A stretch of 56,406 nucleotides of DNA, counting the filler, from Circinaria calcarea (taxonomy: Eukaryota), in NCBI GenBank assembly GCA_051942165.1. It is 5 parts of 5 records of this genome, joined end to end, with 100 filler letters (N's around TTAATTAATTAA, not from the genome) between each part and the next. Parts side by side here need not be neighbours in the genome. Positions count along the whole stretch, not along the records: positions 1 to 11,226 come from JAVECS010000699.1; positions 11,327 to 22,545 come from JAVECS010000700.1; 3 more parts are not named here. One strand, given 5' to 3'. Position 1 is the first letter of the stretch. The number at the start of each line of letters is the position of its first letter. Shown one piece after another: positions 1-13,161 of this stretch. The position numbers and the translations under genes are program-made. The notes under the pieces were generated by a model. It made no database searches. It was given only the letters and a program-made list of their open reading frames with translations, and was not told the origin of the DNA.

Positions 1-22
1 CACTTCCGCAGTGGGCATCCGG

Positions 23-1032
23 TCAAGCTTCGTACTTGGGCAACGTCTCATACGAACGTCTCTCCCCGAGACACGAATCATATGATGGGGGAACTACATA
101 CGACTCATAGATTGGAAGAGTTGCTGCTTCCCCTAATTCTGAATCAGTCAGCCGGGAAGGAGGAAGATGCGATGGCTCGGGTCGGCTCGGTTGCTAAGAC
201 TTATCAGCACCCATCACCAACCAAATTTTTGAAGTGGAAAAGCCAAACCTGATTGATATACGCCATCTCGATATCATCCGCCAGTGCTTCTTCTCCAATC
301 CTCGATCTCAAACCCACCCTCATTCTGCTTCGTCTCTCCTCAACGCTGAATTCCCGCCCAGCACTCTCCCACTCACGTGCCGCACGTGCCGCACGTTGTT
401 CCCGATTTCTGGGGGGTTTTCGCTGCTTCTTCATTTGTCTTCTAGCCGCTTTCTGCTCCTTTACATCGGGATGCTGATAACGGCGGCTGCAGAAAAATGC
501 GGCAAGGCTAACGAATATGATGAGTACTATAATTCCACCCATAAATGCCACGAGAGTCAATCCGTTCTGTAGCCGATCAGCCGCCGAAGCAGCAGTCGAG
601 TTAGGAGTAGTTGCTTGAATGGCAACGTTTACCCGCGAATCAAGGTTAATCTCTCGAGCTCCTGCAATGTCATTATACTTGTCTCGACGGGATCTAGTCA
701 GTCGTGCGCTGGGTAGTGGGATTTTGGTCGACCCGGAGTAGGATGATCCATCGATACCTAGCTCTATGCACACTCTGTTAAGTGTTGGATTTGGATAATT
801 CTGTTGGACACGGCCGACATCAATGTCAAGTTGATGTGCTCTAGAGGTGTCTATTCTCGAGATTTGCTCAGTCCGCCTTATGTGACACCTCTGTCTTGTT
901 CTTTTGTGCACTGAACGTTCATCGTCAGCTCAATTATGTCGTGTCTCTTTCGTGACCAAGCTTACCGGGCTGATCGCAGACTTGTTCATCATTTTCCAGG
1001 ATAGTATCTTTTATTGAAGATGGTCTTTGCAT
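23..1032 (-). CDS. Hypothetical single-pass membrane protein with C-terminal PY motifs (possible Rsp5/Nedd4 adaptor); start uncertain
   Basis: Hand-built exons about 1032-966, 910-249 and 193-23, with GT-AG introns 911-965 and 194-248. One hydrophobic helix (LTLVAFMGGIIVLIIFVSLAAFFCS) is followed by a basic stretch. The last exon encodes LPIY, PPSY and LPKY before TGA at 23-25. Confidence 0.55.
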
Positions 1033-2883
1033 CGGGTACTTTACACTTTGTAATTGTGCTGCTTGACTTATGGTCGCTTTCAGTTTCAATTTTTACACAC
1101 TTGGTAAAAGAGGTTGGAGATTTAATAGTCTACGAAACCTCGCCATCACTCTCGTCCTTTTATCATATATATATACACACAGACATACAGCACGCCCTAG
1201 AGACCTTGCTTCAACATATCAACCATCCATATCCCACCCATCTCCCATTATTATTACCATGGATTGTGCTCAAAGTAAGTTTAAGCTTTCCGCGCTCAGA
1301 CCAATGGGTACAGTCTAGTCAAATGTCTTTTTGCAGCACCAATGTCACCTCATCCAAACAAGACCAGAGAACCACGAACCTCTTTACATTCCTGTATTTT
1401 CATCCCGACTATGGTACTGTTAATGATGGACTCAGAGAAAGTTAGTGATTCTCCAGTCTTTGTCTTACCGAACCTCCTCACAATCAAATCTTAAGCTTCC
1501 CTTTTTTCTCCTTCTTACAAACTTCCTTTTCTACCTGGAGTCTGACTACCTACCTTCACCTCCACTTTACTGCTTACAAAACTTACCTTAGATGCTCACC
1601 TTTATTAAACCCTACTAACACATCTTATACATCTACGGCATCCCCCACTCCCTTCATCCAAAGATTTTCTGAACCCCAAAAACCAACCATCTGAGTACTT
1701 TTGTAACCACAACTACTGCAGCAAAACTGCCAAATTAACATGCAAGGTTAATGCTCCCCATCTGAACATCAACATTTGAAACCCCCGGGTTCACACCCTT
1801 AGCCAAGTCAGAATCACAATCCTTTCCCCAACTAAGCTAAAATAACTCTCGCTCAGTACCAGAACACCCAGCCTCCCTCTCTACTTTCCATCTCATGAGC
1901 ACGCCGTGAGTGTATCTTACCTGTAAACCAAGCTTACGTTCGCTAGAACATAATTTTGTTCTCATTCACAGCCACCTCAAATTATCTCAAGTTCTCAATT
2001 CCCGTGCACGGTGCCTTGGGTATTTCAACTAGCTAGCACCTCTACGTTCTTGGATTGTGGAAGCAGCTCCGGTCTTGCTAAATCTGGGTCTGGAGATAAA
2101 GATAAGGATAAAGATTACCGTGTCTACGAAGCCTCGCTACCGTATCCACGTATCAAGAATCTCTAGTCTACCCCATCCAAATTAACACCCACCTTGATCT
2201 TCACTTCTGTCCCTGAAGAACCCAAACTATTCAATTCACATCCTTGCATCCTTGTGATACCGGGTACTTCCCCTCACCCCCGTAACCTCCTCGGGAACCG
2301 ATCAAAGCCCCTTTCCTTTCTCCCTTTAAGATTCCGAAACACTTGGCATAGCTAGTCGCCCTCCGGCTGAAAGAAGTTGGGTGTTGGAATTCCGCCTCAC
2401 CCCGTGCCGTGCCGTTCCTTGGTCGCAATTAACTTAAACGCCCTCCGCGATATGGATATTTGTCTAGACAAACAACGAGAAAGTCGGTCGAGCTCTCGTT
2501 CCAGAAGAAAACAACCCAGGCGCAGGTAATTTGCTGCAAGATTTGGAATCGGGTATCAAAAACACCAGCCAGCCGTATCCATTTGGGAAAATAACCGCCT
2601 TTCCGCAAGTTTTTTTATTTTTATTTGCCGCCCAACGGCGGCACATTCATTCATTGTCCCGCAGCCTTGTTCGGAGTAGTATTAACGGAAAAAGCGGGAT
2701 ATATTTTGAGGGGAAGGGACTAAAAAGGGCCTTTCTCTCTCTCTCTCACACACAAGGTAACCAACCAGGCAAATCCAGGTCCAGTTCTGTTACGGGAGTT
2801 CCGTTGACGTTACCGCGCAAATTTTGGGGAAAAAGGAAAACAAAAATGGTTGTTTGGGTGGAAAGACCGAAAGAACGTCGATT

Positions 2884-2977
2884 GCGGCTTCGGCTTCGGC
2901 TTCGGCTGTGGGGACCCCCAATCCAGGGAACACATTTCGTTATAGCATTGGCCCCAAAAAAAAAAAAAAAAAAAAAA
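2884..2977. repeat. Simple repeats: (CGGCTT)n at about 2885-2907 and a poly-A run at about 2956-2977
   Basis: Read directly from the sequence. Confidence 0.8.
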
Positions 2978-4034
2978 GGATCTGCAGTAAAAGACGACGA
3001 AAATTCCTCCAGGAAAAAAAGAACAGCTTGAACGCGGACGCTGGACCTGCTAGAGCAGTTTTTTGAAAAGCTCGCTTGACAATGAACTGAGGATGAGGAT
3101 GAGGGGAGTGGGCGCAGGTGGAGGCGGATGCGAATGGTGGACGAGGACGAGGATAGGTGATGGTGACGGTGACGATTAACGATAGGGAGGAGTAGGCCGT
3201 GGAGGGAGGAGGTGAGGGGCCAAGGGAACCGAAAGGGAAAACGAAGGGATAAGGAGGAAATCGAGTGTTCAGTTATCCTTAAAAAAGGGCCCAAACGAGC
3301 ATCGAGAATAAGTACGGAGCTACCTCGGAAAATCCCTAACGTCAAGCAGAGCCCGCAACGAAGATACAAAAATGCCAAAGGAGCCAATTAACCCCCGAGT
3401 GCCAGATCCAATCTCCTAAACCAAAAATGAGAGTAAAGCAGATCCGTTCACCCAATCCCTACTACCCGATGCTAGACCATGATCCAGATCATTAAATGCC
3501 AAGAAGCTAAAGCCCTTCCAACCGTGCTGCAAGATTATCCAGAAAACCCCTGCTTCACCTGCATCTCCCACCCAAAAAGAATAGAAATCTCCTTACCTCC
3601 CCAGAAATGCAATGATTCACCATCCAGCAGATGTCGTACAAATTCTCCTGTGAGACCGCACACCATTGACTTTCCCCGTCGTCAACGCCATTCATCATCC
3701 ACCCCATTCCGGAATCCCGGCTCCCTTTCTGGTATTTGGAATTGTGTAGATCGTAATAAGCCACAGTGCAACCTTCATGACGTGCATCATGCATCATGCA
3801 TGCGGATGCACATATGTATGCATATAGGCGCTGTTGGCTAGTTCCCGGGGCCCGATCGGGAAGGAGGTCTCGCGTAGCGATGAGGGTAAAACAAACCATG
3901 CAGACGGACCGTAGCGTAAATGTTGCAGTCGTGATTCATTAGGAGCCGACCTCGAACCACCGATTAAAGCATCAAGGGTACTCGACCGCTTGCGTAATCG
4001 GATATGTCGAAGCGGAAGCAAGCCCGAGTAGGGC

Positions 4035-7000
4035 TCATAGAAAACCGGATTCCGACAACAGTCTAGGTGAAAGTGAAAGATTAGCCAATGTGATGCGTTG
4101 AACCGGGAAAGGGCATGAGGATTTGTTTGAAGGGCACAGAAGTGACATTTCCTAACTGTGGGGTTTGCATAATGGTGCATGCGCCGATGAACACGTAAAC
4201 TCGGGTCATCTCCAATTCTCCGACGAACGATGCAGACACCACAAGCACAGGGGGACTTGGAAAACTGAAATGGGGTCGAGTACCTTGCAATTTTCTCATC
4301 CTCCCTCTCCCTTGGTTCTACCGATAAACTCTTCTCATACATTTCATGCACATCTCCAGCTGCCTGCATATTGCTGAGAATGTAATCCTGGAGTTCGGGA
4401 ACAGGTTGAAGAGGATAGGAGTTCTGGTACTGCAGAATGTCACGGATCACCTCGGCTGTTTTGGTGCGTTTGGCAAAGTGTATATGGTTGGTACGTTTGA
4501 TGACCGAGGGGATACCGTCCTCGATAAAAGTAAGGTCCGTCAAGTAAACGCCTAAGACGTACGGTCAGCCTCCTAGGACCCTGGCTTAGTATAAGGAAAT
4601 TACCAAAAAAGGGGATGCACGGAGGATTCGCAAGGCGTAATGTCTCCCGGTACATGCCAAAGTTCTTGGTACTCCCCATCAGCCTCCGCATTGATTCGAG
4701 CAAGGCGGTGGTTCTGGCATTAACCTGTGCCCAGGTTCGATGGAGCCGATGTATAGGAGCAGTACTAAGCGCCGAGATGATAGAAGTAAGAGTGGAGAAG
4801 TTGTTTAGTGCACGGCATTTCTACCAACGTTAGTGACAAAGACCCAAAAAGTCGGGAACGTCAATCATACATCGGCAACGGCTACGAAATGCTTGATAAC
4901 CACAACCCGTCTCTTCACATCTGACTGGGTCAATATCATCTCCGCTACCCAATTAGTGAGTTGATTGGAGTGCAAGATCAAGGCCTTGACATTCGGTGCA
5001 GGTTCTGGCTCATCGGGAGCTAGTTTCTTCTGCCACGTCTTATTTAGACACTCGGTAGGCTTGATCTTGCCGTAGAGCCTTGATTCGATAATGGTCAACT
5101 GCCTGGCGAACTCGGTTACATCAATGTCCAAAAACTTTAGCTTCTTCATGTTCTTCGGCATGATTGGTGTTGGGGTAGACGTGCTCAGGGTCGGGATTAT
5201 CCTTTTGGTATTAGCATCTTGCCCTCTTAGTCTTTGCTCAACAACGATCATCAATGGACCTGATCCAGGAGTACTTGTAGTTGCTATTGAGTCCTTGGCG
5301 AATGAGTACACCCGACGTAGTAGCTCATCACTGTTGTGGTCATTATTCTCCATCCAGTAATTGTCAAACCAGCTTTTCAAGACGTTCACAACCCGAATTC
5401 GAATAGGCTTTTGCTTCTTATCGACCCATGTCTGGTAGTCCTCTTGGGATATGCCTCGCGGAGGCTGGATACTAAACCGTTTCACCAACATCTCGAAAAG
5501 TTCAGCAGCCGTGGTAAAGGAGCGATAGGTCAGGAGGAAAGTGATTTTAAATGGCGAGTCAAAGCGATCATGCCGAGTCAACTGCTCAACGAGTGCGGTC
5601 AACGTTCCGCCGCGGAGTTGTGGAGGAGTAACCTTTGTGTCATAAGAAATCTCCCCTTCATGGTCCAATCTGAGAAAGGATGGAGTTTCTTCCGAATCTC
5701 GATTAGGTGTAGGTACCTCCCCGAAGAATTTCTTGACTTTGGGGTTCTCCGTGTGGCAGTTCTCTGTGGTAGGGTCAATGCCTTCAGAGTACGACGTCGA
5801 GTGTCCCCCGTTTGTTAGTTGCGGCCGCTGGAGTGCTTTGGGGTTATCACGAAGATGTGATGTCTGGTTGACCACATCACCGTCCGTTCTCCTGCGAGCC
5901 TCTCGGGTAGGCATGTCTCGGTGCTTTTGGGCAGAGTTTTCTTCGGAAATGTTATCCATGAGCAACTGCAAAGAAAAGCTTACTTGAGACACAGAAGTCT
6001 CCAGTAGCTTTGTTACGTTCCGTACATCCTGAACTCGATTCTCCAATGGCTCTCCTCGAACGTCTGCCCACTCGTCGCTCAAAGGCGCGGCCACTGCTTG
6101 GCAGGCTATGAGTAGATTCGCAACTAGATCGTACAGCCGCTGCTTCTGGGCAGCAAAGTCCGTCAGCTGGGGGTTTTGAAATGGTGATCCCAGTGGAGAC
6201 AAGTTGATTGATTCTACAGTTGATATATAGGGTTTGAGTGAGTAGATAACTTTTCCTGCTGCTGTGCATATTGAGCTACCAATCTGTTCGTGCCGGAAAG
6301 GAGTGATGATCTTCTCGGTGACGATCAGGTGTTCATCAAGCTGACGTATACTCGAGACAATCAACCTCTTCATATCGTCCATTCTTTCAAGGAGATGGCG
6401 GTCTAAAGTCAGCGACGGCACAACATACGAGTCATATTCATACTGGTCCATAAAGGACGTGGATAAGCTAGAAGCATCCTTGCTCAGATTGTTGTTTTGC
6501 CAGCTGCCACCAGCCCGACTACCGAGGATAAAGCCTGGAGTCAGACGGGGAATTTCATCTCCCCGCTGAGCCTGAGCGACCTCAACGTAGCTGTGCACGC
6601 CTCGCATAACGCCCTCTGCCTCTTGCAAGCATTTGGCGTACGAATCGGGCGCAGGCCAGTCTGCTGCGGCTATGTGAGAGGACAAGACAAGCTTGGAAAA
6701 TCTCGACATCATGTCACGAAAATGAGGATACAAGGCTTTGTTGGTGGAAATGATTGAAGGATTGCCCGAGTGATTGTCGGTGGTGCCCGAGCCAGCGGCA
6801 AGTAGCATTCGTAAATGGTCAGAGATATCCTCCGCCTTGCGGACGTATTCAGATCGGTCAGCATTATTGATTGCCTGCCGATAAGACTCGACTGATCGTT
6901 GCATGTTTTCGACGAGTCGACCCCAGGTCAATGGCGGCGAGTTTCCATCGTCGAAGAAGGAGCCCGCCGAAACGGCACCCACTGCTTGCCCGAGAACATT

Positions 7001-8047
7001 ACCGGTAAACGAGCTGGTTGTATTCATGAGGGCAGCAGTCGAACCCGAGGAAAGCTGACCTGGAACTTGGGCGTACTGCGCGGTGTATAGATCGTGAGAA
7101 TCGTTCCGGGTCCGCAGCACAGGCGAAGCGGTAAGTGATTCCGTGGATGCCGAAGGCGACATGGCATCAAAAATGTAAGACCGGCGTTGTCCTGAGAGAG
7201 ATGCATTAGAAGCAAGCATCATCGGCTCTCCTTCCGCTTCCGAAGCGGAGTTGCAATCGTCATCCTCTTCGCGTTGATAGCCCTGTGCCATCATCTCGGG
7301 CGGAGGTCTCGTCTGATCAGGGACAAGTATGTTCATGCGATCCCACGGCCCAGTCTCATTCGCTGAAGTGGGAGCCTCGAGAGGAAGCTCCATGGCAGAT
7401 ACACCAGTGAGCGTGTTGAAATAATACAGTCGTCCGTCCGCCGTAGCTTGTGGTACCCAGAATGCGGCATCTGATTGTTCTTGCCCCTCGCTGTCCTCTG
7501 TAGACGATCGTGACACACCGTTTCCGCCAGCTGCCGTCGAGCCAGGCTCTCTTGGGTTTCCCTCCAACCCATCCTCCGTTCCAGAATCGCCCGACAAGTC
7601 GTCCCCATTTGTCGCTGGCGGCCCTCCTCTTCCACCGGCTCCGGACCCACTGACTACTTCACAGTAATTGCTGGGAAACCAGCCTCGGACGTTGTGGATG
7701 ATTCCATCCCACCAGCCGCTCTTCAACTGTGTGAGGACTTGAATGATATCTCCCTGACGAAAACTCAGGCTTGTTTGATCGTCTGCATCGTAGTCGTAGA
7801 TTGCTCGGACATACATGCCCGGAGGCGCAGTCGTAGCTCCAGGATAGCCGTTCATTCCTGCTGCTTGCCTCACGACCGAGCGGTTGATGGAGCCTCTGCT
7901 TCGTGCAAGTGTCGCACCTGCTGCTGCTGCTACGGGCTCCTCAGTGTATCGAAATGCTGCGGCAGCGAATACGCCAGTCTTACTGTCAAGGCCGGCTCTG
8001 GCGGTTTGGATCGTGAGAGGCTCGATGTTTCTCCTCGGGTGTGACAT
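4035..8047 (-). CDS. CDC25: Ras guanine-nucleotide exchange factor, Cdc25 family (SH3, WW-like, REM/RasGEF_N, RasGEF)
   Basis: Exons 8047-4871, 4820-4604, 4551-4284 and 4062-4035. SH3 (YVRAIYDYDADD...GWWDG...GWFPSNYC), WW-like (FWVPQATADGRLYYFN), REM (GGTLTALVEQLT, FLLTYRSF) and catalytic motifs (EFARQLT, KCRALNNFS, PPCIPFFGVYLTDLTFIEDG). Spliced C-terminus reads RLLSESGFL*. Confidence 0.95.
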
Positions 8048-11000
8048 TATTCAGAAGTTAGAAGGCGTCGTAGTGAGTCGCATAACTATACGGTGAGATT
8101 TCAATATCCAAGTGGTGAGGCGGGGCGCCTATGTGCCGGTCAGATAGGTTGTCAGGATGGATTCGTATGGCGATTTAGATTCGAGCCAGCGAAAGAGAGC
8201 TACTGGGCTGCATGCATATGCAATGCTCGACGATATCGAATCGCAGCTGCCCAGTCTGACTGGCCGCTATCAGCTATAATATAAGCCTTGCATCGACTGA
8301 TAGGGATGGGAGTGATCGGGTGGAGGACACGAATAGACTACAACAGATGAGGCTCAAAGCGAGCATGGGAAATTCTGAGGAAGGCCTAGGCAGGCTGGCG
8401 AGGATCCCTTGGCCATCCAACCATTCACACCGAAGGGTTGGAACTACGGTCTTTTCTCTGCAATGTCAAATCATTCTTCGAGGCATGAAATTTTTGTCTA
8501 CTACAGTGTCTACACAGGGGATCTCTTCGACCACGAGATAGTCGCAATCGATAGCGTTAGAGTATACCAGGGTTATGAACAGCTCTGGTCCACGTCGATG
8601 CGGAGAAACGACCGAAGGAAGAGAACCTGTTCAGCCTAGCAAGCATCCTCCCTTCGCTCTCTCTCCTCCATCACTTCCAAGTTCGTCATTCCAGTTGAAT
8701 TTCATAATATCAATGTTTAGAGTACAGTGATGTTATCGACTAAAACTAGCAGTATTACATCCACCGCCTCAAACGAGAAACACCCCGTTCTCGCCTTTAC
8801 ACCAAGAACAGCGGTCGGGACCAGATGGCGGGGGCATTGCGCTCTTCGCCCCATACTTCCATGGGGAGTGTAATGCCGCTGTACCAATCCGGATATTGCT
8901 ACGATGTATAGTGCGCAGTAGTCGGATCTTCCGTCAAGTAGCAGGTAGGTAAAAGCTGTCGAATGCTCCGTAGGATATTCTGTCGACTTGGACCGTGAAT
9001 TCTTCCAAAAGACCAAAACTTCGGTGGGAGTACATGACGGATGACCTCTTTCGTGACGATTGCTGCTGCTCCTGTAGTCACTGCTGTCGAGTCACCGATA
9101 ACATTCCCTCTCCTGTGAGTTGAGTAAAGGGGGGGCCTACCCCTGTGGCTCACGATAGATGAGATTCACAGATGAGAGTCTTATTAGCTTCGGCACCTAC
9201 CGAATATCTCGCAAGAAAGTCTGGTAGAAAGCTGAAAGGACTGTTGATCAGCACACTCCTCCTGCTAAGCAACTCGAGTAGCTTTGACAAGGTAGCATGG
9301 TTTCCTGGGATCTGGGGGACAACGATGGAAATTCCTTCTTGTTACGTACAAACCACTTCGGTGGGTCCGGGAAACGGTCCGCAGGGGGTCGAACCAAAGG
9401 GAAATTCGAGAGACCACGAGAAGATCGACGACAGCCTAGTGCCAGATTCTGCTTATCCACCCCGATGCATCTGTTTCGAAATGAGAGTGGGGGTTATACG
9501 ACTCGACTCGAAATCTCAGAGCCATACATACGCCCTCGCCAGATTGTTGGTCGGCCAGTCAGACGGGGATTCCGACACCGAGCCGAAGAAGCCATGATAG
9601 GTTCGAAATTCGACTATCGGATGGGCGATTGCTTGCCAAAGACAAGAGATCCGCCATGGATGTCCGGCTCACATTAGGTCTAGCACAGCACGTTGCAATG
9701 ATTGGTACCCGTCGGCGTGATGGCTGGCTGCAGAGGAGTTCTGCTAAAGCGCGGAACCGGAACGCCAATGATATCTACCGGAGTCCAAAACGGCTTCGAA
9801 TCTCGAGATCCCGGACCGATCACTGCGACAGGGTCGAAGCCACCGCCGAGCGTTGAGCTTGCAGAGTGTTGCCACTCTCGAATTATTTTTCACCAGCCAG
9901 CCGTCCTCGGGGCTGAATCAGGGTCAAAGGTACAGATTCTCTGATCTGTGGATGACATTCTGATAAGATCCGAGAGTCTTCTATGACACCCGAGCGTACT
10001 ATAAGATATATAGTGTACGAGGCCCTCCCGGTAAATTGCCACGCGGGAACAGGGGTCTTTGATTCGGATGGAATGTGTCAGATTATCGACTAATCTCGCA
10101 TTCGGAACAGGCCCTGTCGTCTGAAGGGGGTTAGGAGGACCGGATAGCAGCGTCGGGGATACGGAAACTCTGGGAAAGTGGTACAAGCCACGGTAGCGGG
10201 TCTAGCTTGAATCGCTCAGCTGGCCCTTCTATTCGTTCCGGCCAGGTACAAGATGGGTAGAAGATGATCGGATCCCCTCAGGCAAGATCGCTCACGAAAC
10301 GAATGGGGGACGGACGGGGCTTGCCCGGGGCTCGGACCATCTACAATGCAAATCGCAGCAGTAGCCTTTGTAGCGGAACGAATAAATCGCAGAGAAGGCC
10401 TTCCAACGGCGGCAATGGGCCTCAGTCATACTCCGGGACTGCTTTTGCCCACACAAACTGTAGGGGAAAAGCGGCAAGTGGACGCTTCTAGGTCAAGTGC
10501 TTGGCGTTTATGCTGTGGCGTCTGCATACAATTGCATCTACGGCGCGGAGGAGAGAAGCTTTGTATTTTACCGTCGCTCTTCTCGATTTCCGACTGCCTG
10601 TTCCGAGGCCCTCGATCAAGACTATACCATAGGTTCTCAGGAGATATGGGGGTAATAATACACCGCTCCTTGGACGTCATCGGGAAAGCCTTTGACCCTC
10701 TTCCCCTCCCGCCCCGAAGAAATATATCCGTTGGAGGCCAAATGGATTTAAGGTTGCCACGGAAAGCCAAAACCGCTGCAGACTCAGTTCTGGGTTATCT
10801 AGCTGTCCCTCACTAGGAAGAGCGGTAAAGAGTCAAGGCCGCCCAGGCTCTTTGGCACTTTGGCACTTGGGGCACGTCAGACTCTGTCAATCGTACGTGG
10901 GGAGTACGCTCTGACCGCCCTTCTGATGATCGTGCTCTCCTTTTCCGCGGTCCACATTGTACGTACTTACACAGGAGGGTTGAGAACAGAAGAGGCCTCG

Positions 11001-11226
11001 GGCGGAGATAAAAATCAAGCTGCACACTGCTGCTAAAAGGGATCAATGATCCTCGAGGCGCCGTAAACGGTAAACGGATGATTCCAATGTTGATGCTGGA
11101 GGAGAGATACGAAAAGATGATATTGCCATGCATAAACCATATGCTCCATGTACTATTTGTGTCTTCGCCTCCGGGGGCCAGCAGTTCGCCAGCCACGTTG
11201 ATTCTTGAAGCGTACTAGCTCATCCA

Positions 11227-11326
11227 NNNNNNNNNNNNNNNNNNNNNNNNNNNNNNNNNNNNNNNNNNNNTTAATTAATTAANNNNNNNNNNNNNNNNNN
11301 NNNNNNNNNNNNNNNNNNNNNNNNNN
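11227..11326. other. Artificial contig spacer N44-TTAATTAATTAA-N44
   Basis: 100-bp linker with stops in all six frames, identical at four places. Confidence 0.98.
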
Positions 11327-11646
11327 TGGCGCCATAACACTGGCGCCATAATAACGGTAATATAAAATATAATTGAATTATTATCCTAGATTTAATATTA
11401 ATAAATAATATTAAATATAATTTATAAATATATTATTTTAAAGAACGCGGAATAATTTATTTATATAATATTAATATTTTTTAATAATCCTTCTACTCTC
11501 TAGGATCTTTAGGAGCCACCGGGAATATAATATATAATATATTTTTATTATTTCTTATTAAGCCCTAGGAGCACCTAGGAGCCCTCGGCTCTTGATTCCT
11601 CCGTTCCGGCACTCGGCTTGCCAGGGTATAGCGTCGCGCCATAACA
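11327..11646 (-). mobile_element. RIP-degraded LTR-like repeat
   Basis: On the minus strand it starts TGTTATGGCGC...CCTGG...GCCGGAACGGA, matching the start of the LTR at 21187. The interior is very AT/TpA-rich. TGGCGCCATAA is repeated at 11327 and 11341. Confidence 0.55.
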
Positions 11647-11681
11647 TATTGCCTTTGCCTAAGAAGCTTAGGGACGTAACA

Positions 11682-12006
11682 TTAGAGGTATTCCTCGGTC
11701 GATTAAACGATTAATTTAATTTATTAATGCCTCTTCTTAATTATTAATAAATCGTTAAATATATTCGGAGGCGGCGTTTTGGCGAGATATAGTTTAACCT
11801 TTCCAGCGTTTTTTCAAAATACTTTTAATTAGGCCGTATTTTCTGGCGGTGGCTTATATATTCAGATATATTTAAACGTTTAGATATATAAGAGCTAAAT
11901 CAATTGAGGCCATATTGGTGGAGTAATGATTTTTTGAAATGGTGGGTGGAATGCGGGGAAAATGCGGCATTAGGCCGGATGCGGCATAGCTCAGGGATAT
12001 CTGGTA
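11682..12006 (-). mobile_element. 5' fragment of a Fot1/pogo-type (Tc1/mariner superfamily) DNA transposon, RIP-inactivated
   Basis: From ATG at 11913 the minus strand reads MASIDLALIYLNV*IYLNI*ATARKYGLIKSILKKRWKG*TISRQNAASEYI*RFINN*EEALIN*INRLIDRGIP, resembling the N-terminal HTH and CENP-B HTH of fungal Fot1 transposases. All six stops are TAA. A candidate terminus at about 12004 is flanked by TA (12005-12006). Confidence 0.75.
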
Positions 12007-13161
12007 GGCATAAAACACCATGGATTTTATACTTTGAATAACACCCTATAATTCAACGGCACTTGTCGACGGTTATATATTGTAGTGATGATGCAAGAAC
12101 GCCCATCAAGCCATTGGCGGGTAGGGGTTTCATAGTACACTGAGTTCCATGAATGACCATCGAAACTCGAAATTCGTATCGAATATATAGATATCACAGA
12201 CTCCTTTCTATGCCACGGCTTCAACATCAAGGCCTCCAACTTTCAGGTCTCAAGCATCCAAAGGTGGATTGTAAGGAATTGACACCTTATCAGTGTGTCC
12301 ATAGCCCCCTGTTACTTCTGAACAGGACGATCGTCGAATTGTTCGATCTATCAGACAGAGTTCTCGTCGGCCTCCAAGTACAATCTCAATAAATATTCGG
12401 CATTGACTGCTCTCGCTCCACTATCCGCCGCAGACTCGCGAGCAGAATATGTGAGAATGGACGAGGGTCAAACACTGCGCAGCTTTTGACTTTATTCAAT
12501 ATTTATTCTTTGAACTCACCCCCCAACTCGTCTTTAATCGCCTCCTGCGTCTTCATCCGAGTGGCTAGAGATATCCCCTTTCCTTCGATACTAGCCTTTC
12601 GTCGCCCACTTGCCCGCGTTTTCTTAAAGATCTTCCTCCGTTCTATATTCCTGCAGTATTCCATCTGCCTCAGAACTCTCCATCATAGAGGTATATCTAA
12701 TCTCTATTTCACTCCCACAACCCTCATTTTCCTTCCTCTAATGTTGTAATAGTTTGCCCCGCCTGGCAAACCTTTCAATCCTTTTCGCTCACAATTCGCG
12801 AAGCACGAAGCAGAGAAGATCAGGCTTGGGTGTTGTCACGGAGGCAATGTTAAGGATGGGCGCTGTCCTTGGTTCTTATAGATCTGCTCGCCGACACTCC
12901 AGAAGCGCAGCGCATGCAAGAAAAGCAAAGCTAAAAGTCGCTATTGCACAAAGTGATACTATGCTACCGTATGGGGGGAGTCTCGAAATGGCAAACGAAT
13001 TTGTTAACTTTTGGTGTGGTTTTCTCGCCTAAAAAATACGTCTGCCATTTCGAGTAGGTAAGCACGGTAACGTTGAGGTACTTTATGCGAAGCTCTCGCC
13101 CGAAGCTCTCCTGCAAACTCCTCGTGCGAACTGTTCACACAAACCACATGCCACACGCATA

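Noticed and set aside
2531..3387. ORFs 2531-3031 (+) and 2746-3387 (-)
   Set aside because: They run through homopolymers and microsatellites (poly-K, poly-F, RLRLRL) and show no domain signal; probably non-coding.
3794..4283. Cys/His-rich C-terminal extension of ORF 3794-4543 as the true CDC25 end
   Set aside because: A canonical intron (4063-4283) gives the family-typical LLSESGFL* ending; the extension is intron and UTR read-through.
8093..11226. Many short overlapping ORFs upstream of CDC25
   Set aside because: No motifs and no consistent strand or splice pattern; probably promoter and long 5' region.
11271..11282. TTAATTAATTAA palindrome recurring every ~11.3 kb as a biological periodic motif
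   Set aside because: Always centred in 44+44 Ns; it is a synthetic six-frame-stop linker.
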